The notes under the pieces were generated by a model. The model saw only the letters and a program-made list of their open reading frames with translations, ran no database searches and was not told where the DNA came from. Below are positions 10,521 through 20,164 of a stretch of DNA of 49,472 nt, piece by piece (position 1 is the first letter of the stretch; each line of letters starts with the position of its first letter). The DNA is from Paraphysomonas bandaiensis. Its lineage: Eukaryota; Protista; Chrysophyceae. The stretch spans positions 1 through 49,472 of the forward strand of contig CBFFRP010000393.1 of the NCBI GenBank assembly GCA_965644295.1, written 5' to 3'. A program made the position numbers and the translations under genes.

Positions 10521-10660
10521 CCCGTAGTTGAAAGTAAACCCTCTGTTCGTCAGGATGTGTGTAATAGAATAGATAAAATGGAAGCTGGCGTTGGCCGCGC
10601 CGCCCCATCATTCGATCAGTGGCAGAGTACTATTAAGCTAAACGACAATGATAGTAGCAG
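9540..10660 (+). repeat. 252/279-bp coding tandem repeat (~4.3 copies), continuing past the stop codon
   Basis: CCATCATTCGATCAGTGGCAG at 9543, 9795, 10074, 10353, 10605. The 279-bp units carry an extra 27-bp IQPQPVVES duplication. Confidence 0.95.
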
Positions 10661-12165
10661 AAATCTATTCAGCCATAGCCTGGAGATTCATCAGAATGAC
10701 GTTAGTGCACGTCGATTGGAATCCCGCACATGTACAGCGACATCAAATAAAGAGACACATGGTTATAATGCTGCCGGTATTATTCCATCACACGGTCAGT
10801 AGCAGAACACTATTCAATAGCCACTCACTGTCGAATGTGACTTTCGGTACGAATCGAGAATTGCTTGTGTGGCACCCTTGTTCACCAATTTATGGTGTTT
10901 CTCCACATTGGTAATCCTCTATTACCGGGGCCACAATTAGTAGTTTTTCTTTATAGTGATTCGAGGAACCTGCGCTGAATTTTGACCGTATATATAAAAC
11001 ACGTCCATTGGTATTTCCTCTCCTGTTTCAATGCTAAATTGATTTTGTACTATTCTTTTATATACATAATATGTATATGTAAATAATTACTCTGCCTTCA
11101 TAGTAGCAGTGCTATGTAGTATTAATGTTCTAGTGCTTGTTTAATTTAAGATCTTGCTGGTTAAAATTCACATCCCGAAGTCGCCGTAATCCGTAATGTA
11201 GTATCTTGTAATTGAGTTACTAGATATATGGATTTGTGTAGATATGTAAAAATTGGACCAGTAAATTCCATGATTTAAGTGTTTAATTTATGAGCTCTAG
11301 TTACTGGAGATAAATTTATAATTTATGACATTAGAAATCGACAGATATCCCATTTTATATACCACAATTTTCGGAGTTCCATTCGAATTTTTTAATCTTA
11401 AAGAGTAAATAGTATATTGAGCATAGTATATCATTATCCCCATTTTGCCTCAAAAAAAGCTTTTTTTTGACTTGATTTTGTCTCAACAGGGCGCTCATAT
11501 CAGTACCAGGCAAATATAGACATTCAACTTCAATATTCGGTTCAACAGAAGCTCACTTCTATCTTCATTATGATAATGACAGTCATATGTACGTGATTTC
11601 ATTATAGTACGCAATTATAGAGAAACCACAATCATAAGCCTAATATCAAGAGCAGATCATCTAACTCCAAGTTATATTCCATCCTTCTACTGCTGTAGAA
11701 GTTCATAATGAGGTCAGTGCAAGTGATCTGTCTTCATATCCAGGACTTCGAAACAACTTCAAGAATATTACAGGAGAGTTTAAGTACCATATCTGATGCT
11801 ATATAGGTGGTTAGGAGCAGTGGCACCCAGTTGTTTCAGTTGGAGCCATATCGTGCTTCTCAGGATATTGTGTGTCTCATATCATACACACATCTTTCGA
11901 TCAGGTACACTTGCAGAGGTAAAGCCTGCTGTATATAAATGTGATGATGATGCTAATTAAGGCAATAAGAAGCCTCTCTCTCACCTTCAACTGTTGACAT
12001 TTATCATCACACTTACAGTATACATATCATTCATTTGAAACTATATGAGTTCTCATTTGTGTTATTAATGTAATCAAGGAACATCTATTTCTTAATACAG
12101 CAAGCATGCTACAAATAGATATACAATGTAATATTAACTTTTCAACGTCATGAGGATAAGCTACA

Positions 12166-12285
12166 ATTTAACCTAGGGATAAGGAGTATCGTACCTTGTC
12201 TAAATTTTAAAACTCGGGCTTTTCGCCCTCGTTTCAAAATTTTGAGCGCGGGACGATATAGCCTCCTTATTGCCCGTGGTTAAAT
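12166..12285. repeat. ~120-bp imperfect palindrome (foldback element)
   Basis: Paired arms: ATTTAACC/GGTTAAAT, ATAAGGAG/CTCCTTAT, TATCGT/ACGATA, AAATTTT/AAAATTT, GGGC/GCCC around a TTTTC loop. Confidence 0.8.
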
Positions 12286-12339
12286 ATAACTATAGTTGAT
12301 AATTTTAATGATGCATATATGCGACAATATCATCAATCA

Positions 12340-12627
12340 GAGCCAGGCGGAACCTTATCCCAAGGGGAGACCCCCGGACAACAAGCGCCAGTGAGTCCTC
12401 AGACACACGAGCAGGGCGAACTCACACACAACAACAAGAACGGAAGTGGTTGCACCTTGGTGCTTGCGGCGACGCACAAGCAGCTTCTGTAGCGTTAAAT
12501 AGTAGGATAATAGAATTTGTGCTGATTAGTTATGGGTAGAGGTCTAACTAGTAGATCTAGCATTCAACTAGCCACTATATCGGAACGAGTTTTTAACGCC
12601 TATTGCTAAATAAAAAGACATTCAATA
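12340..12627 (-). mobile_element. Truncated or solo LTR of the copia family
   Basis: Near-identical core AAGAACGGAAGTGGTTGCACCTTGGTGCTTGCGGCGACGCACAAGCAGCTTCTGTAGCGTTAAATAGTAGGATAA and the same terminus GACATTCAATA as at 3755. Confidence 0.85.
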
Positions 12628-13429
12628 TGGCATATAATGATATCTGTAGCACCATGACGAATCTGGACAAGTTCATTATAATACTTCACAATAAATTTAT
12701 GAAAATATATTGCCGTATGCTATTCGAGAGAGATAAACGAACAATCTAGATTGACATAGACTAATGAATTAATCGGATTATTTCAGGTCAAAATGGGTGC
12801 TATTATTATTTAGGTAGGTACATCAGCCATCAGTATGTAAGAGCCACCATAAACCATAGAGGCCTCACAAGTCTATACGTCTATGCTGCATTATTATGTC
12901 GTTTTATAACAAGTACTTTTGTACTGCTTCTTTTCGTGCAGTTTTCCTCAAGGATACATAACTACAGTGCGTACTTTGCCAATTGTAAACGCACAATAAC
13001 TCATGGTATTACTATAATTTCAAGTAAAACGAACACATTATTCATTAATACGGATTAACAATGATGAATATGTATGCACAAGAATAGGCGGTCAAAAATG
13101 CACAGTCTATAGACTTGAGAGGATAATGCGCAGGGACCAATCATATGTATATTAAAAATGATCAGGAATTTAATATTCATAAACAATACGGAGAAAGCAT
13201 CTCCGGAAAAAGGTATTCCGAAAATCACAATCATGGCAGGGCAGTGCTTCCAAAAGATTCACTAGAAAGAGTGCCTTGTAATGTACCTTGGTAAACGAAT
13301 TAGTACCACTGTAGCCGTAGTGTACCATATATCGAGAAAACGGTGATGATTCTCGATAAAGGCACAATCGCTAGGGCAACAACATTTAGTGGTCCGTCAA
13401 TCACTCCGGAATCGGAGAGATACCGTGTT

Positions 13430-14773
13430 GACTTTGTCTCCTGGCTGAACAGTGCTCTACCACTGACCACTTGAAGGGGGCCCACCACCAACAGCACAAC
13501 CACTTGGCTTACTGGACGATGCCGACTGGCTGTTACTGATGGTAGGGTGTAAAGGGACTTTAATATCATCAGATGATGGCGGCTGAATAGCATTTTGCCA
13601 CTGATCGAATGACGGTGCAATATCAACACCAGCACCATTACGACCCGCAGAAGAAAGTGGTGGGACACCGTGTTGAACTTTGTCTCCTGGCTGAACAGTG
13701 CTCTGCCACTGACCAATTGAAGGAGCACAACCGCCTGGTTTATTGGATGATGTAGACTGACTATTATTGATGGAGGGATGTAAAGGGATTTTAATATCAT
13801 CAGATGATGGCGGCTGAATAGCATTTTGCCACTGATCGAATGACGGTGCAATATCAACACCAGCACCATTACGACCCGCAGAAGAAAGTGGTGGGACACC
13901 GTGTTGAACTTTGTCTCGTGGCCGAACAGTGCTCTGCCACTGACCAATTGAAGGAGCACAACCGCCTGGTTTATTGGATGATGTAGACTGACTGTTACTG
14001 ATGGAGGGATGTAAAGGGATTTTAATATCATCAGATGATGGCGGCTGAATAGCATTTTGCCACTGATCGAATGACGGTGCAATATCAACACCAGCACCAT
14101 TACGACCCGCAGAAGAAAGTGGTGGGACACCGTGTTGAACTTTGTCTCCTGGCTGAACAGTGCTCTGCCACTGACCAATTGAAGGAGCACAACCGCCTGG
14201 TTTATTGGATGATGTAGACTGACTATTATTGATGGAGGGATGTAAAGGGATTTTAATATCATCAGATGATGGCGGCTGAATAGCATTTTGCCACTGATCG
14301 AATGACGGTGCAATATCAACACCAGCACCATTACGACCCGCAGAAGAAAGTGGTGGGACACCGTGTTGAACTTTGTCTCGTGGCCGAACAGTGCTCTGCC
14401 ACTGACCAATTGAAGGAGCACAACCGCCTGGTTTATTGGATGATGTAGACTGACTGTTACTGATGGAGGGATGTAAAGGGATTTTAATATCATCAGATGA
14501 TGGCGGCTGAATAGCATTTTGCCACTGATCGAATGACGGTGCAATATCAACACCAGCACCATTACGACCCGCAGAAGAAAGTGGTGGGACACCGTGTTGA
14601 ACTTTGTCTCCTGGCTGAACAGTGCTCTGCCACTGACCAATTGAAGGAGCACAACCGCCTGGTTTATTGGATGATGTAGACTGACTATTATTGATGGAGG
14701 GATGTAAAGGGATTTTAATATCATCAGATGATGGCGGCTGAATAGCATTTTGCCACTGATCGAATGACGGTGC
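13430..14773 (-). repeat. 231-bp coding tandem repeat (~5.7 copies) with alternating A/B variants
   Basis: Period 231 (TAATATCATC at 13561, 13792, 14023...). Units alternate INN...QPGDK and ISN...RPRDK. Confidence 0.95.
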
Positions 14774-15904
14774 TACATTGGATGCAGTGTCCAGCGTCTC
14801 AGTGAGATGGTGGTGGGCGGGAGGGCTCGAAGATGGTCGGCTATGGAATGACGACCTTGAACTGTGGTCACTTAGTGGTGGCGTAGAAAACCTGGTGGTC
14901 CTGAATGAAGGAGAGAAGACACTCGGGGGGGATTCTTCGCGAATAAAGTAAGGAATCATGGACCGAAAAGAAGGAGAATGAGATGCGTTGATGCTTTTCG
15001 GGCTGGGCTCATTGTGTCTGAGCGGCACCTCAGTTGGGGCTGAACTATGACTACTAGGCTTAATGGGATTCTGATCAAAGATCACATTAACAACTGCATC
15101 TTCCATCACTGTCAAGACAACCTCGGACACTTCCTTGGCAACAGTTTCTTTTGGGCGGACCATTAGCCAATTAATGACTACTGCATCTACACCAACATCA
15201 AATAAACACCACAAGAAGCATACACTACTCGGTTGGTGCCCATGCGCTAATGTATGCGTCAACAAGTTTGAAAAAGTAGTTGACAAACTCAAAAGTGAAC
15301 CAATCAAATTCTTGAAGGCCAATGTATTAACCGTCTTGGATTCAGGAGAAAATTGAATCAATGGAAACATGAACTGTGATACAGTTACAAGGGAGAGCGA
15401 TGCGTCGTAAACTATCAACGGGACAGATGCTCTGTCTTGCAATCCAAAATGACATTCCCCATTGTTGTCAACAAAGTGCTTCCGGCTCATCGCAGCCAAT
15501 ATCAGTATTCCAATACTGGGAAGTAATAAGGTCATGTTGATCAAATACTGCTTCGATTCCAGCCTAGATGTCGTTCGTTTGTAGAAAATACAGGACATTC
15601 GGTATACTGATTCGATGAAATATATGTAAATAAGAATTTTGCAGCATAAATAAATCGTTAGACAAGTCCACAAACCCAAATTACAATAAAAAGCAACATC
15701 ACTATGGGACAAAAAGGCGGTTATTAGGCATACTTGAGCAACAAAGATGAGAGATAATACGAGAACTATAACACCAATATAATCAGAGACAAGCATACCA
15801 TCCGTCGCACTACGAAGCTCAATGTATCGCAGATAGATGAGATAGAGAATACCAACAAATATGAAACTTGATAAGGTCTCTAATATAATCAGAGAAGACT
15901 GCAT
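13457..15904 (-). CDS. 7TM GPCR-like protein, paralog 3, with 77-aa tail repeats
   Basis: 815-aa intronless ORF (YCNLG, YFIESVYR, GECHFG, WCLFDVGVDAVVINWL, RPKETVAKEVSEVV). Repeats carry PSFDQWQ and PSIGQWQ. Confidence 0.85.
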   Translation of the reverse strand: MQSSLIILETLSSFIFVGILYLIYLRYIELRSATDGMLVSDYIGVIVLVLSLIFVAQVCLITAFLSHSDVAFYCNLGLWTCLTIYLCCKILIYIYFIESVYRMSCIFYKRTTSRLESKQYLINMTLLLPSIGILILAAMSRKHFVDNNGECHFGLQDRASVPLIVYDASLSLVTVSQFMFPLIQFSPESKTVNTLAFKNLIGSLLSLSTTFSNLLTHTLAHGHQPSSVCFLWCLFDVGVDAVVINWLMVRPKETVAKEVSEVVLTVMEDAVVNVIFDQNPIKPSSHSSAPTEVPLRHNEPSPKSINASHSPSFRSMIPYFIREESPPSVFSPSFRTTRFSTPPLSDHSSRSSFHSRPSSSPPAHHHLTETLDTASNVAPSFDQWQNAIQPPSSDDIKIPLHPSINNSQSTSSNKPGGCAPSIGQWQSTVQPGDKVQHGVPPLSSAGRNGAGVDIAPSFDQWQNAIQPPSSDDIKIPLHPSISNSQSTSSNKPGGCAPSIGQWQSTVRPRDKVQHGVPPLSSAGRNGAGVDIAPSFDQWQNAIQPPSSDDIKIPLHPSINNSQSTSSNKPGGCAPSIGQWQSTVQPGDKVQHGVPPLSSAGRNGAGVDIAPSFDQWQNAIQPPSSDDIKIPLHPSISNSQSTSSNKPGGCAPSIGQWQSTVRPRDKVQHGVPPLSSAGRNGAGVDIAPSFDQWQNAIQPPSSDDIKIPLHPSINNSQSTSSNKPGGCAPSIGQWQSTVQPGDKVQHGVPPLSSAGRNGAGVDIAPSFDQWQNAIQPPSSDDIKVPLHPTISNSQSASSSKPSGCAVGGGPPSSGQW

Positions 15905-16206
15905 CTTAAGTATATATATATGGAGATGTATGTATAACTCTCGTGTGCTCTAGTGTGTTAATATCATTGAAACTAATTTATTTTTGTACATGATAATCAC
16001 CACAATATCCTTCTTCCATAAGCTGATGTGATATGTTGTGTTATTGATATGAGGGTTATGTAGATTGTGTTATGTAATAATGCCCTCTGGTTTATCTATC
16101 ACCCAACTAGTAGATACATGCCTACATACGCACATACAGCAGTATATGACTAGTATCTAGTATGTGTACCATACTACGCACGTACTGTTGTGTGGAAGTT
16201 CCTTGA

Positions 16207-16692
16207 GGCCGTTCCTTACGGAGGGTAAAAATAAAAAATGAAATTTTTTTTCTATTGCATTCTCAACACACCGTACCTTACGGTTGGTCAAAAAAAAAGA
16301 TAACATGACATGATGAAAACACCCATTTCTATAGGAGAAACTCTCAAAACCCTGTGTTTTGTAAAGAAAAGGGGGTTTCATGCCATATATATTGAAAAGT
16401 TATATGTAGATATATTGGATGCATTATGCTGGTTCAAGGACACCGTTTGAATCACAACAAGCGCTCAGCCTACTCGACATAGGCTTGGTAAAACTCGTGA
16501 TAACAATATTATGACTCGAGGTTCCTAATATAGGCCGCAATATTATTTCTTACCATACCATGTATGTTGGAAAGAAATGAAATCATTTCTTACCATGATC
16601 CAAAATATTTTTTTTTTTGACCACCGTAAGGAACGGGAAGAGCAAAAAAAAAAAATTTCATTTTTTATTTTTACCCACCGTAAGGAACGGCC
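16207..16692. mobile_element. PIF/Harbinger-type MITE (486 bp)
   Basis: ~45-bp TIRs GGCCGTTCCTTACGG(A/T)GGGTAAAAATAAAAAATGAAATTTTTTTT with one mismatch. 3-bp TSD TGA on both sides. Second CCGTWCCTTACGG motif subterminal at each end. Confidence 0.9.
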
Positions 16693-18194
16693 TGAAGAAA
16701 TATAGAAGTATTGTTTTTGTGACGATCTTGTTCTTATACAGCAGCAGTCGTATAATGGTCGTAGTACTTACTCCCAGTGCAATTTCAGTAAAATTCTGTC
16801 AACATATCCGGATATTTTCATACGAAATTGGAAATTACGAAACCTGAAATCTAAAATCCTATATTTTTAGATTTTAGTGTAGCAATTCCGTCTGTTGAAA
16901 ATCCCCAGCATCCAGCCACTCCAACTGCCGCAGCCAAGAAGCAAAAGATATCATGATACCATCTCTTAGTATATTTAAATTAACTACTGTATATCTATAG
17001 TTCTGCAAGTAGAGACATCTAGAACAAGAACAAATAGTGCATGGACAATAAGCATATCATCACACAAGCTTTGATCTAGAGAATAGTTTGATTTGTTCTT
17101 TAATGTCTCGTACATGTGATGATCGTATAGTATAATGAGCTTTCTCTATCACAGCTACGAACTGGAAGAGAGTGGCATTCAATCCTGAGTAGTTTACAGG
17201 AAGACCAAATTGCAGATAGTTGCTCACTTGGGTCGTCGGCCTGTGGGTAGACGTGACAGTGTGTTTTGTGAACACAATATTTAAGAAAATTGGAACAAAT
17301 AGTTTTTTGTCAGTTATTTTTAGGTCTCATAGCATTTGTCGTGATCCAAAAACTGAACCACAGCTTTTATTCTCATGTCAGCATGGTGGAGAGAAGTGAA
17401 TGACCCAAGAATTCATAAGAAAATAACCGAATGGACAAAGTCAACAAAATCCGTTATCAAATCGAACGAGGTCTTGATATACGGTGCACAATGCTTGACA
17501 ACCTTGCTCATCTTAGAGCTCCGTAAATATCATCAATCATTACTCCTTTCTTTCTTTGTTCTCTTTTAAAATCAATTCATCTCATCACTGTTATAATATG
17601 CTCTATACCTTGGGTCATAGGTCCAAGAACTAGCATAATTACACTATTTTATACATATAATATGTACAAGCATAAGCATATATAATAGAGAGATCATAAC
17701 ATAAAGTCACCAGATTGCTGGTTTTTATACCTGTTAATGATACTTACGTACTTATACTAGTACTATGTACTATATATACACAAAAAGTTTCTGACTCAAA
17801 GGATGAGAGTAAACTTATGATGCAAACTGAGAAAAGTTCAAGTTATAGTAATTTACTTCGCATTGCTTACTAAAATCTATTTAATCATTCGCTTCATAGC
17901 GTACTTTGTATTTTTCCAACCAAATCAAAATATGTTAACGTTAGAATATGATTTTGTCTGAGAGTATTGTTAGAGAGTTGTCGTACATCGAGTAAAATAT
18001 TATAATATAATTGCATCATAGTGTTGTTCTTTGATTAATTACTAAAAACAACCGGCCCTGATAACATATGCCCCATGCATATACCGCACTGTAGCTATCT
18101 ATCAACAATAGAATTGATAATACATCAGGTAGATATAAAACGGCACTAATCACCCCACTTGGCGAGATCACCCTCACCAAACAGTGCTGTAAAT

Positions 18195-19457
18195 CTACTG
18201 AGCCTTCTTGCTCTCTTTTATTTGACTCTCGGAAGTTTCAGCATTAGGTCCGTCAATGTCGTCGTCATCATCATCAGATCGCTCATCTTTCTCAATGCCT
18301 GTGGTGAGAAGACGATAAATCATCTTCGAAATGAGATAAAACCAGAAAACATGTAGTAATTGAAGGGCCATCAGTAAACCGAAGTAAATCCAAAAGCCCG
18401 TCCAATTCGAACCCATAGACCCCTCTACAACCACATAAGAGGAATAAAAAACCCAATAAGGGTATATCACAAGTCGAAGAACGAAGAATGATATGGCAAA
18501 TATTGCGAATAGAACATCACATAAGTGACTCCAGTACTCGCGGCCTTTCACTTTAGAGACATAGTTGACGACCTTCGCTGACTCCAGGAATACATCAGAG
18601 GGATCGTGCAGTATAAGGACGGTGGTCCCTATGCGAGTGAAGTTGCACAAATAAGAAAGAACTATCAGAAATATAGTAACAATATGATGAATGATCATTT
18701 CAAGGCTGTCGGATCGAGATACATCAGTCCAAAGCAGCTGGTGGAAGTATGCACCAAGTTCCACGAGGTAATAGTACTTTACCATTGGGTACACAGGCTG
18801 CATTGGCCATCCTGTCCAATGGTCCTCTGTCCGTAAAACCCAAGGTACAGGGGTTGGAACAAACAATGTGTAATAGCCCATTATGCAGAATGCAGTGTAG
18901 AATATAAATCGCCACGAGGCTTCGATAAATTTGACCATCTTCTTATTCTGTACAAGAGAGCGCCGACGGGACCATATCTCATCATTTACCTCTTCAATAG
19001 ACATTCCTGTCTGCTTAGATATACTCTCAATTTCTTGTTTCTATAAATTGTGACGTTACATGCACGGAACAAGGAAAGTGCACACAAAGAGAGACTTACA
19101 GAAAGTCGAGTTTTTGAACTCTTTACTCTCGCAGCTATATCTTTATGAACCTTGATATCAACCGCGTCTAATTTCAAGGCATATATCGCCAAAGGCTGCG
19201 CATGTATAAGATAGCTACGCAATAAGCAACACACAGCTTACCTTGAATAGTATTTGCTGCAGTACTAGTCGACACAAACTAAGTGCCAGGCAGTAAAATA
19301 AAGACGGGTATAGTTGTGACAATTTCGTGAAATGGCCTTCTGCAGCCATAGCATCTATATGAGGAAGATCTAGAGTAATATACTCTGGACTAGATATATA
19401 TTGAATATAGTTTGAAGGGTGTTCAAAGTATGACACAATGGCATTTATAGTATCCAT
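18195..19457 (-). CDS. LAG1: Ceramide synthase (LAG1/CerS, TLC domain), 3 exons
   Basis: Exons 19457-19242, 19195-19100, 19040-18195 with GT-AG introns. KFIEASWR, Lag1 motif RSDSLEMIIHHIVT...LHDPSDVFLE, DERSDDDD acidic tail, C-terminal KKAQ ER-retrieval signal. Confidence 0.93.
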
Positions 19458-20164
19458 TTCCTGTAGATAACAGACAGAAATATATCCAATAAAGCAATTG
19501 GTTAAAAAGAATTCACAGTCCTTGACCCTAAATATCTACCTAGAATCAATATAATGTATAAGTTACTATAAATTATTCAATGAATCATGTAGTAATAGCA
19601 TGTACAGTGACTGTTATTGATCATCAATCATTTCATGGCGATGAACCAGTGAATAGTACAAGTACTACGAGTACGTGTATATAGTGTTGTAGTGTTATGT
19701 AGACATCATACATACATACATACAGCAGACTACGTACAATTACAAAATACAAAATACAAAATACTGCTTGTTGGAGTACAGTACTACAGTCGAGCAGGAA
19801 TACTCTGTATTCGTATACTGTATACAACATATGCGTAGTCAAATCTAGAAGGTACCATTTCTAACGTACAGCAGTATGATAGCATACATACCATCATATG
19901 GCATACCGTCATATGCATGTAATCCTACACATCCTACGTCGTACTGCTATAGAGTGGAAGATAAGGTGGGGAAATTTATCTGGATATACTAGACTGAAAT
20001 ACACTGTATTGTTGTCATGTGCATATATATATACAGCGAACAGACTATGGCATAATTATATAAGCAGAGCACTGGAAGACTGACATCACCAACAACGACA
20101 TTAATATCTCAAAAAAGAATTAAAATTATAATATATCTGTTGCCAGTTATTACACTGAATAGTG

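Noticed and set aside
5281-11820. Weak similarity between ~5370-5450 and ~11725-11810 (KNITGEF)
   Set aside because: Probably a decayed repeat or gene family, but too short and interrupted to assign.
5962-13459. Genome-wide TAG-to-Gln codon reassignment
   Set aside because: TAG is a true stop in conserved genes here (CerS ...KKAQ*, PDHX ...LLML*, ATP12), and the 2283-aa ORF has no internal TAG.
13300-14748. 482-aa alternate-frame ORF, plus 5861-6439, 5962-6420 and 8711-9352
   Set aside because: Shadow ORFs from repeats with 3n periods or antisense to real CDS. No independent motifs.
9540-14773. CRISPR-like array
   Set aside because: Contiguous in-frame coding repeats with no unique spacers, eukaryotic context, no cas genes.
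17000-17570. Possible decayed coding fragment on the minus strand
   Set aside because: Multiple stops and no motif I can recognise.
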